Shown one piece after another: positions 11,062 through 24,083 of a stretch of DNA of 48,739 bases (its first letter is position 1; every line of letters begins with the position of its first letter). The notes under the pieces are model-generated. The model did not search any database. It worked only from the letters and a program-made list of their open reading frames with translations, and was not told the origin of the DNA. The DNA is from Basidiobolus meristosporus CBS 931.73 (Eukaryota > Fungi > Basidiobolomycota): the NCBI GenBank assembly GCA_002104905.1, contig MCFE01000663.1:1-48739 (forward strand), read 5' to 3'. Made by a program: the position numbers and the translations under genes.

Positions 11062-11320
11062 TTAACGGGGGCAGCCACTCCTGCACTTGAGCTCGGCACT
11101 GTAGCACTTCTGGCTGCAAAGACGATCCTGGGCTTGGCAACCGACTATGCAGCTTCGGTAGGTTCTCTCGCAAAGGGTCACGCATGGGGCTAGAGAATCG
11201 TTAGTGAGCATCAAGTCATAGCCAACAGCAATCATGGTACAGTAGAGACTTACCAGCAGGCATAGCACTGACAACTCCGAGGGAGAGTGCGGTGGCGACG
11301 AGAGCGAGAATGAACTTCAT
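11062..11320 (-). CDS. Small secreted cysteine-rich peptide, 64 aa, 8 Cys in (CX3CX6)3CX3C; exons 11320-11254 and 11189-11062
   Basis: Exon 1 encodes signal peptide MKFILALVATALSLGVVSA. A 64 bp GTAAGT...CTAAC...TAG intron joins in frame to APCVTLCERTYRSCIVGCQAQDRLCSQKCYSAELKCRSGCPR. TATAAAT at 11372-11366. Confidence 0.88.
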
Positions 11321-12092
11321 GGCTGGTTGAGTCGAGTTTGCCTTCCCAATGTCGGCAACGTCCTCATTTATACCCCAGCGAAGGGTGGCCCTTCCTGAGC
11401 TGTGTACCATAGGTAATCTCCACCACCATGCATTATTGGTTGTACTACCATGAAGTATTATTCAGGCATCGTCACTACTCGATCCGACTTGAATTTTTTC
11501 AGCATTGTCACTAGGGTGGCATGGCCTGCATTCCAACAAGAATTGGATCATTCCGTGCATCAACCGAGCGCTTATGTGGTTGAAGTTTATGCATCCTTCG
11601 TGGCACCGTTGGAGGGGAGCGGAAAGGACCAAGCCAAACCGAGATCCGTTAGGCGACATTCGCTCCGACATTGCGATTCCCACGTAATACTTCGCCAACG
11701 CCAAGTAAGGTTAATAGAATAGGAGCAGTAGCGGAGTAGCATACGAAGGCCGGCGCATGCATTCCCTACTAGCTTGTTAATCAAACGCAGCAATATTTCC
11801 GCTTTGTGGTCCACAAATAATCCTCACTCTACGACGTTCCGTATTCAGTAGGAACCGTGAATATACAAGAGCCATAACCGAGCCTGAATAAAATATCGGT
11901 CATGGCAACAGCGCTGTTTGCATCGATGACAAGGGGGAATATCAACCATGGTTTGGAAGTTTAGGATCCTAGCATGGATGTCCCGAAGTACGGTATCAAT
12001 GTCAAGCATGTGGGGATGAAGTTCGAGGGAAATGCTTAAATGATGGATTTATTGGATATTGACGGCCAGAATGGGCCAGGAGTCTATCCTAC

Positions 12093-12253
12093 TTAACAGT
12101 TGCGCTTGCATCTGATCTCGGCACCATAGCACTTCTGGTCATGATAGTTGCAGGCATTGGTACATCTCTGGTAAGCGTTCTCGCAGAGGGTTACGCATGG
12201 AACTAGAGAGTCGCTAGTGAACATCAAGCCATTGCCAACGGCAATCATGGTAC
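12093..12253 (-). pseudogene. Paralog of the cysteine-rich peptide lacking promoter TATA, signal-peptide exon and 5' splice site
   Basis: Exon-2 homolog VPCVTLCENAYQRCTNACNYHDQKCYGAEIRCKRNC (12202-12093, 7 Cys). Relative to copy 1, the equivalent of 11241-11395 is deleted at junction 12253/12254. Confidence 0.8.
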
Positions 12254-13049
12254 TGAGCTGTGTGCCATAGGTAATCTCCACCACCGTGGATTATTGGTTG
12301 TGTCACAAATAAGCACTAATCAAGCATTTCCACCACCAGACCCACCACAGGTTTTTTTCGGACCCGAATTGGAGCATTAAATGCATCCTTCGTGTCACTC
12401 ACCATCTTTGGCATCGTTGGAGGGTTCCGTATAGCAACATTCGCCCCGATGTTGCGATCCCGTAGCAACACTTCGCCAACACCAACCAAGGCTACTGAAA
12501 CGAGATACAGCAACGGAGTAGCATACGAAAGTCAGCGCACGCGTTACCTCCTCATACACGTCGATGGCCGCGGTCGTCCGAGTGTTGCCTGAATCCCGAC
12601 TGTGAATTGAACAACATCACTGGTTGAGGGGCTGGCCGAGATCAACTCTACCGTTAGTGAGGGAATTTCCGAGAAATTACCCGGAATCCAGTACGTATCG
12701 CTGGCCAACTCGGGATTGTCGACGATGGGTGCGTGGAATCCCGGGAGAATCCATACCAATTAGACACCAACGAGCACGGCTGAGGAAGCGCTGTGTTGTA
12801 AGGTTGATGATGCTTTGGCATCGCAGCGAATACGGGAAGGAAGAGTTGGATTGAGGATCAGCCAATGATCCACGGAGGGCAATGGTACCATTGCTCGACG
12901 GGGGTTGGGTGGGTACGATCCCTACCGCCAATAGTGCACCTTACAAGGCAATATCCAACGACGGTTGCTCTCGTGAATCAACGGCAGGGGATTTCGTAGT
13001 GCATAAAACGCACCAACCGGCTAGCCAAATCAAAGGCTAAAGCCCCGCC

Positions 13050-14177
13050 ATGTCGAAAGACCTCTTTAGCATCCCGATCTTCTTTATTCTCTTTCGAGAG
13101 ACCACCGAGGCGGCAATCATCGTCTCGGTCCTCCTATCTTTCCTTGCCCAGGTCTACCACGACAATCTCCCACTCTACGCACGACTGAGAAAGCAAGTGT
13201 GGATCGGAACCCTGCTGGGGCTCTTGATAAGCCTTTGCATCGGTGGGGCGTTCATCGCCGTGTGGTACACTCTTGCCTCGGACCTCTGGGGGAAGAGCGA
13301 GAAGCTGTGGGAGGGGTGCTTCTCCCTAGTCGCGGTGGTTATGATCACGGTCATGGGACTGGCGATGTTGAGAACGCAACAGATGCAAGAGAAGTGGAAA
13401 GTCAAACTCTCCGATGCCATGAACAACAACACCACCAAAGGAATCCGGGCCAAGTCCCGCCGATACGCTTTGCTGCTACTCCCACTCATCACCGTTTTGA
13501 GGGAAGGGCTGGAGGGAGTGGTCTTCATTGGCGGCATCTCCATCAGTGAGCCCGCCAGCTCTATCCCGATAGCGGCGATCTGTGGGATACTATGCGGCTG
13601 CTTCGTTGGCTGGCTCCTCTTCAGGTAAGTGCGGCTCGGATCACATGGACGTTAACCTGGCATTGATCTCCACTTGATAGGGGAGGGAATCTCATGAAGT
13701 TCCGGTGGTTCTTCGTGGCCTCAACCTGCATCTTGTTCCTGGTCGCGGCAGGGCTCTTCTCCAGAGCCATCGGGTTTTTTGAGGGCCATGTGTGGGCCAA
13801 CCGAACGAACGCGTCCAACGTATCTGAAGACGACTCTGGGGGCATCACCTTCGATGTCCGCACAAACGTCTGGTAGGTTCCGCAGAGTAGCATTGAACAC
13901 CTTCATGGACTTAAATGTGCTTAGGTACCTTACCTGCTGCAACCCCGAGAATCCCAACGAAGGCGGTTGGCAAATCTTCAACGCAATCCTTGGCTGGAAC
14001 AACGTCGCATCCTTGGGCACCATCCTGGGTTACATATTGTACTGGTTGGCTATTGCTGGATACCTTGTGCTTCATAAATTGCGCAACCAACCTGTGCAAC
14101 CAGTCAAGGAAACCCGGTTAGAATCCAAAGCCACCCATACCTCCGTTGAACTTGGCAACGATTGGGCTGGCTCATAA
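13050..14177 (+). CDS. FTR1: High-affinity iron permease; exons 13050-13624, 13681-13872, 13925-14177
   Basis: MSKDLFSIPIFFILFRETTEAAII start, two RExxE motifs (RETTE, REGLE) and FNAILGWNN. Both introns restore the frame. Confidence 0.96.
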
Positions 14178-14293
14178 TCTACGGGTAGATATAGCGATGG
14201 ATCGTGGATCTATTTCATCTTGTGGTTTATTCTTCAGTAAAGTGTATATTAACTTGGTATTGTACATGCAAAAGCGTGAGGTGGGGTGGGTGG

Positions 14294-17287
<2,994 letters not shown>

Positions 17288-18008
17288 AGCGATCGGACAC
17301 GTGGTGTATAGATATGTAAATAGAAATAAGTTCAAAGTATGAGTTAACTACTAGAACAAAGTAGGAAAGAAAAGCAGTTGACAGAAAATCCACAACTAAA
17401 AACGTAACGAACTATCCTCTTTCAACAAAAAAGAAAAAGAAAAAACAAAGCTCAAAATAGAGTGGTTAACGACTTTAGAGAGTTTGGAATCCTGGTTCGG
17501 TTTGGTATTCGAATCGAAGCAACTTTCACGTCGAAATATTTTTTTGGCTAGTTGGTAACTTTAATGGTTAGATAAAGTTGCGTAGATAAGAACTAACAAA
17601 TGTCAAGTACGAGACGGATTCGAAGCTGCTCCCAATCTGTATGTCAGAAAGAAAGCGTAACAACCGTAGGAGTCATTTGAATACAAAAAAAATCGAATTC
17701 ATCTATTCCTCATGATTTGCCAAGAATTTTACTAATTTTCATGGCGAATGTGAGGTAATTAGGAAACGATCTCTAAACCCCATTTACTCATTCCTCTAAT
17801 CAGCCTAGCCAATATGAATAAATATTCCTTGACTGCATAGACAGCAAATTGCCGCAATAATGTATATTAACAATGACCCAACATGCGGCTGGTATACTAG
17901 GCAAGAGCTATGATTGGACATGGTATACACAACGGGTAACTTGGACAGAGCTACTATAAATTTTCCATCCTACTTTTCGCACTGTGTAACTACCTTCCTT
18001 TACTCAAC

Positions 18009-18374
18009 ATGTTAAGCTCATTGAGATTCACTTTCCTGCTAGTCTTTGGCATCGCCCTAACTTATAGCCTCGCAACTGCACGAGAGTGCTCCACTCCCAA
18101 GCTCGAGCTTCAAGGCCCCAGTTTCTTTGGATTCCAGAATAAGCACACGCTGAAGTCGTACATCGTTTTCTTCAAGCCCGACACCAACCTGGATATTGTG
18201 CGTGAGGCGGAGGAAGATGTAGAATGCTCTGGCGGAACAATCACCCACAGATATCGGGTAGGCGTGATTGGGTTTGCTGCGCAAGTTCCCTCGAACGTTG
18301 TCACCACCTTTTCTACTTCGCCACATGTTCAAATAGTTGAAGAAGATCAAGAAATCCACACGTACAATGAGTAG
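18009..18374 (+). CDS. Stand-alone secreted peptidase inhibitor I9 (subtilisin propeptide-like), 121 aa
   Basis: Signal peptide, then SYIVFFK...GGTITHRY..V.GFAAQV...HVQIVEEDQEIHT. Stop follows immediately with no S8 catalytic domain. TATAAAT about 55 bp upstream. Confidence 0.85.
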   Translation: MLSSLRFTFLLVFGIALTYSLATARECSTPKLELQGPSFFGFQNKHTLKSYIVFFKPDTNLDIVREAEEDVECSGGTITHRYRVGVIGFAAQVPSNVVTTFSTSPHVQIVEEDQEIHTYNE

Positions 18375-19677
18375 CCATGTAAAATCCACAGTAAACATAC
18401 AGATGTATTCCATCATAAACAACCGATTAAAACCCATTGATACATCCAAGTCACCGTTGCATACACTTGATAAGTATATGGCCAAGTATGTGACTGGTTT
18501 ATTTGGGGGGACTAGGATCATGGAACAATATCCAAGTAGCAACAAACAAAGCCCAAACAATCAATGCATTAACAGGTCAGCAGGAGCCCAAGTCCTGCAC
18601 TCGTCTGGCTGGAATGAAGTAGGATTTGAGGTAACAGACAATGTCCCATCAAAACCGGCATTATGAGACTTGTTCAAATTACATACATCATAGCCTTCAC
18701 AGGTGAATAGCAATCAGCCAGCAGAGCCAGTAATGTGAGGAGAAGTTAATCAGGTTGCATCACAGTTGAGCAGAAGTTGGGTTATTCTGAAGCGGACGCG
18801 CTTCATGGGTCAACTGACAGTGGTCAGCATCTACATACAATTCCAGTGGTACGACCAATCTTATCCGTCGCCACATATCATTGGCCAGCAATGGGCTAGC
18901 TACAAGGCCCACACTATCAATGTACATACAAGTATAAATTGACTGCGGCCAGCTGATGGAAATGCCTACCCTCGCGGGCTTACAATTTTCCCATTCAATT
19001 CGAGAGTACGCGAGAGAAGGCTTGCTTTCTGAGGGGCGCATGCTATGATTGACTGCATGTATGATTGATTGAGTGATGGGGTGGCAATAGAGATACATAA
19101 CAATATATACACACACAATCAAACACCCCTCACTCATATATTTAAGTTAGCGTGAAAGGAGCCCGTGGTGGCAGTCCAGTAAGCGAGTACGTATGCACCT
19201 GGATTCCAATCAGCTGACTGAGGCCCCTTTCACTTAGGCCATGGCTCAGGTGAATGGGTGAATGGGTGAATAGCTGAATATGTGGCATAGATTACAATGG
19301 CAGAATGAGCCATAATTACATTATATGGGGTGCGGTCAATGATGATAGGATAGCTGGATAGCACTGAAGATTTAGATGAGAACTACAGCTAATGAGGCCC
19401 AATGGCAATCTGAGAATCCAGTTGTTGTGAACCCAGATTTTTTTTGGCGAAAGGGAATGCGTGTGTGAGTGAATGGATTTGTTCATCTAGCCCTAGTAAA
19501 ATTCTTCACTAGTACCCTGCCATTCACCAATTTCCCCGAATGCTAAGGTATTTTTAACGTGCGGGATCCCCTCATATCATAGCTTAGCCTTTCAATTTCT
19601 CTCATCCTAGCCTTATTCTCCCAAGCTTGATATTCACCCTAGATTACTTCGATTTGTCATATATCATAATATAAGCC

Positions 19678-20231
19678 ATGCCCAAGACTGCCAAGCCTCG
19701 TGAAGAAAAAGTCTCCAAGCGCGCCGCCAAGACAGAGGTCGCCGAAAAGAAGACCCGCAAGAAGAGAACCAAGAAGGACCCCAACGCCCCCAAACGCGCT
19801 CTTTCCGCTTTCATGTTCTTCTCCCAGGAATGGCGTGAGAAGGTCAAGACCGAAAACCCCGACGTCTCGTTCGGTTTGTAGACTGTGGCTGAGCCTTCGA
19901 CGCGTGCGTGTATGCTAACGCTCTTTGTTTCCTCCAGGCCAAATCGGAAAAATCCTAGGCGAGAAGTGGAACAAGATGGACGAGGACGAGAAGAAGGTAA
20001 CCGTCTTCGTCACATGATCAGTCATTTCATTCACTCCTAAGCCTAACCACCCTCCCCGCAGCCCTTTGCCACCAAAGCCGAGCAAGACAAAAAGAGATAT
20101 GAAGTCGCGAAAGCAGCGTATGAGGTAAACATTGACAGGGAAATTCTACGCGATTATTGGATCTAATCCATGTTTACCCCAAATAGAAAAATGGCTCTGG
20201 CAACAGCGAGGAGGATGAAGAATCCGAGTAA
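19678..20231 (+). CDS. NHP6: Single HMG-box chromatin protein, 120 aa; exons 19678-19873, 19938-19996, 20062-20124, 20187-20231
   Basis: [48 protein letters not shown]...KKRYE with an acidic tail. Confidence 0.95.
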
Positions 20232-20504
20232 ATTGTAACAAGCGCACCATATACATTAATTCCACATCACTCGCCCAATCAATCCTAATAATCCCTCGTT
20301 ATTGTTATGGCTTCATGTTAAGAACAATTTGCTGTTGATATAGTTTTTAAATCGGTACAACCTCTTCAAATGGTTTTCTAGAATTCAGTCGTGTTTGTTA
20401 GCTCTTGCTCCTTTGGTTTTTGATGATAAAATAAACGGTATTACATAGTACAAAACGATGGTAAGGTGCTTATGAACAGTATTAAGTGCAAGTGTGTAAG
20501 TGTG

Positions 20505-23334
20505 TTACAAGATTACATGATGGTAGCTAGTATTGATGTTGGTGAACGTGTTGTGTTCGGAATTCTGATGCTCCATGAAGCGGTCGTTCTTGAGATTCAG
20601 TCGATCCAGAATGGTGTGGTAGATGAACTTGTAGGACCAGAGGTTTCCCTTGCGCCGGGTGATGTCTACTATGTAGAGTTTGCCTAGTTCCTTGAGTTTG
20701 CATATCTCCATCACGAAGTAGATTTCCTCGCCCGAGTCCACCGTCTCGTCGCCATAGATCGGCTCGATTGGTGGGGGCCCGTCAAAGTTGATTGGGTATG
20801 CTGGCTCCTGGCTTCCGATTTTGAGGAGCCTGGTAAATGCGCTTACGGTTCTTCGGCGAGATGAGTGTGCGGTGGAGCAGGTAGAGTGTGTCTCGTTGGA
20901 TATCACGGAATTCCGAGACTTGAGAGAGCTGGTGCAGGTCCTTTTCCTGCGGACACACTTCAATTTCCACTCGTACTCTTTCTTGATCTCGATCCCAAGC
21001 TCCTCCAAGAGCATTTTGATCTCTTGCATCAGCTCGACTGGGGATTTCGAAGTAACTGCATTGTCATCAATGGCTCCCGAATGGTACCGCAGTCTGAATT
21101 CATGGGAGACCCGTGAGTTGTTTCTTCTAGGGTGCGCCATATGTGATTCGAATGCTTGTTGCTGTCTGCCCAACGATTTCTTACGGAACCAATCCATGAC
21201 TTTGCGTGCTGCATTGGAGCTTACTGCTTGCTGAGATGACGATTGGGGATTAGGATGCATTACTGCGATGTCCGATTTGGCCAATCCTGAGGGGACAGGC
21301 TCAGGCTCAAAGCTACAATTCTTGACCATCGTTTCATAAGGCAGATTAATGGAGGGGGGATCGATAGACATTTGCGCCCCAGGTTGTGAAAAGTGAATGG
21401 TTGTAGGTCTGACGCGGCTGCATCCCTTTGGCTTCCGAGTTGGGCTTGATGGATATGCGAATGCCATTTCGACCGTCATCGGGTCATTCATTTCATCTTC
21501 ATCGGCCTCAATGATATCATTGAGGTGGTTCTCTTGAGGCTGCGGGCCAAGTAGGTTGGGTGTACGCGATTGATCATACTCAACCTGGATGGTGTGACGC
21601 TTGGGTGGTCGTGCAGTCTCTGCGAATGTGGGGGAGTCGGGCTCTGCATTGGCTTGCTCTGCCCCTTCACTACCACCCTTGTTCTTGCTCTTGCTCTTAC
21701 TCTTGCCCTCCTCGAAGATGTGTGCGTACGGTGCGAGCCAGTTGTGCTCCATGATCGTCTTCATGTCACACCGCTGTGTTGGGTCCGGTACGAGCATTCG
21801 TCGGAGCAGGTCCCGGGCGTCCGGGCTCACATAGTCGGGGAACACCAATGGCGTGGAGAGGATGTACTTGTACAGCAGGTTGATGTTGTCTCCATCCGGA
21901 TTCTCTGGGTCGTCGTCGAATGGGAGATACCCGCACAGCATCGCGTACAGAATCACACCGCACGACCAGATGTCCACTGCGGTTCCAACATACATCCCCT
22001 CGCTGACCACCAGCTCGGGGGCTGCATAGCATGGCGATCCACACGAGGTGGCCATCAGGTCGTTCGTCGGGCTCGAGAACTGGTTCGCAAACCCAAAATC
22101 GGTGATGATGATGTTCCGGTTTCGGTCGAGCAAGAGGTTTTCCTAGATCATCAGAGTCCACGTGTTAGCCTGCTATTCTTTCCATTTTGCTCGCCTCCTT
22201 CCCCCCCCGCCAATCTCTCATCTTTCTACTTCTGCCAAACGCCCCCTTCCTTTCTCTCCTCTTCCCCCCCCCTCTCGTCTCATCAACTTACCAGCTTCAG
22301 GTCCCGGTGAACAACGTTCTTCTCATGCATATAGCTCACCCCTAGAAATGTCACAGACTTGGTTTAGTTCCACTGCATCCATTGGCCTTGGCTCTTCACC
22401 TCCATCGCCATCTCCACCACTCTTCTCCCCTCTCGCTCCCCCTCTTGCTCTCTACTTACCGCTAATCAGCTGTGCGAACAATCTGCATGCCTCTCGCTCC
22501 TTCAGATATCTGTGTGCAAGAATGTGATCGAACAGCTCGCCACCTAGCCAATCACATGGCAATGTCAGCAAAATCGTCAATCACCACAATAATGATGCGT
22601 GTCAGTTCCACCGCAGCCCCATCCATTCCAGACACTCTTCGCTCACCGAAAGGTGTCCAGGTCCATGTGCATACACAGCACACAGACGCTCTTCTTTTCT
22701 CAAACCCATACACCTTGCTCACCGTTCTATGAGCACATGGGCTGCGGAGAGTGCTCAGGCAAGGGTGGGGCTGGGCAAACTTCGGAATAAACGGCAACAT
22801 ACCTGAAGCGTATTCGATGATGATTCCGATGTACTTGTCGGTTTCAATCACCTCGAATAGTCTGACGATGTTTGGATGGTCTAAGGACTAATAATTTGGG
22901 GGCAAAGAATACATTAACCACGGTTGGCGGTCCGAGAATATATACGAATGCTCTTACACTAAGTACGTTGACCTCCCGTTTGATTTTAATTAGTCGAGTC
23001 TCGGTGGCTACTAGTGCACGTTTTATAAGTTTGACGGCAACCTATTCACAGAGGGGTAAATAAAGTTTCCCGGAGAGGCGTTTCTTTCGAACCCTCGGCT
23101 CAAGCTTACCTCTTGCCCTGTCTCAGAGTGAATCCCCAACTTTACTTTGGCGAATTCACCCTCACCGAGTGTTCGTAATAATATGTATGGGCCAAATACA
23201 GGGCCAGAAACCCTTTGCTCTATGGCAAAAGTATCTGGAATGTCCAAGTTCATGGGCGAGTCGAATAGCATGCGACGGTTTTTCACTTCAATCGGGTCAG
23301 GAAAAACATCTGGTTGGGTGATGGGGGGAGACAT
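20505..23334 (-). CDS. KIN4: CAMKL Ser/Thr kinase, Kin4/Ppk1/KfsA-like, copy A, multi-exon, KA1-like C-terminus
   Basis: [67 protein letters not shown] and [24 protein letters not shown]. Confidence 0.9.
21566..22875. repeat. Near-identical direct repeat, partner at 25451-26761
   Basis: Side-by-side reading shows only about 3 substitutions and 2 homopolymer length differences, introns included. A further identical ~58 bp patch lies at 21484-21541 / 25369-25426. Confidence 0.95.
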
Positions 23335-23601
23335 GTAAATACAGGAATATTATAGGGTTTATCACAAAAAGTTAAGTTAGGATTCAAGGGATATCGTTAG
23401 AACGAAGGAATTAGAGGTTAAGGAAAGAAAGCTGTGATAAGTGTGGCCGAAAACTGAGACCTATATCGACATTTACCCGATTAATATTATTTCCAGAAAA
23501 AAAGGGCGGCTCAAGTACAAATGGGGTTTATGGGGACAAATGCATTTGAACCGAAGCTTCCAACCAGTCATAGCATGATTATTTGTGTTCTATCTACTCC
23601 A

Positions 23602-23628
23602 TCTCTCTCTCTCGCTCTCTCTCTCTCT
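23602..23628. repeat. Imperfect (CT)n microsatellite
   Basis: TCTCTCTCTCTCGCTCTCTCTCTCTCT upstream of kinase copy A. Confidence 0.8.
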
Positions 23629-24083
23629 ATCCAGACCATCTTTCCATAGGCCATGCTTGAATTCTACTTTCTCGCTCTCTCTACAGTCCGTTAGCGGCAC
23701 CAGTCCTTAGCAGTCAATCTCCGCTCCATTGTTTATGGCCTGGAACTACGTCATTGTCAGCCCCAAATGGCAATTCGAGATTGGGATCATGATAAGGTCA
23801 CGGCTCCTCACTTTGTCCTTCATTAAAAAGGTAACCATCTCGAACAACATAGAATAATAAATGGACATAAACCCAGATCGTTTCAGTGGAAACTTTATCT
23901 AAGAGATGCAAGATGGTGTATAGGTGGGGTGTATAGGTGGGGTATACAGTAAATTTGAACTCTGGGTGGATGTGTTAATCCTAAGAAATAAGGTGGCTTT
24001 AAGTCTGATTAGGCTGGCGTGGAAGGTATGAACAGAGCCATTCATGGGGTCGGTGTAGTCGGAACGGGTTAAAGGTGGGGAAC

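Larger units (their letters stand above)
11060..12540. repeat. Diverged tandem duplication (~11060-11760 and ~12090-12540)
   Basis: Shared blocks such as CCATAGGTAATCTCCACCACC, ATGCATCCTTCGTG, ACATTCGC.CCGA..TTGCGAT.CC and GGAGTAGCATACGAA occur in the same order in both units. Confidence 0.85.

Noticed and set aside
12560-13049. Fet3/Ftr1 divergent cluster or iron-regulator sites
   Set aside because: No multicopper oxidase gene is adjacent, and I found no convincing GATA-type or Aft-type site.
19152-19233. 11/12 bp inverted repeat as a structured ncRNA or MITE
   Set aside because: A match this good with a 58 nt loop is expected by chance in 49 kb. No TSD, second copy or known RNA motif.
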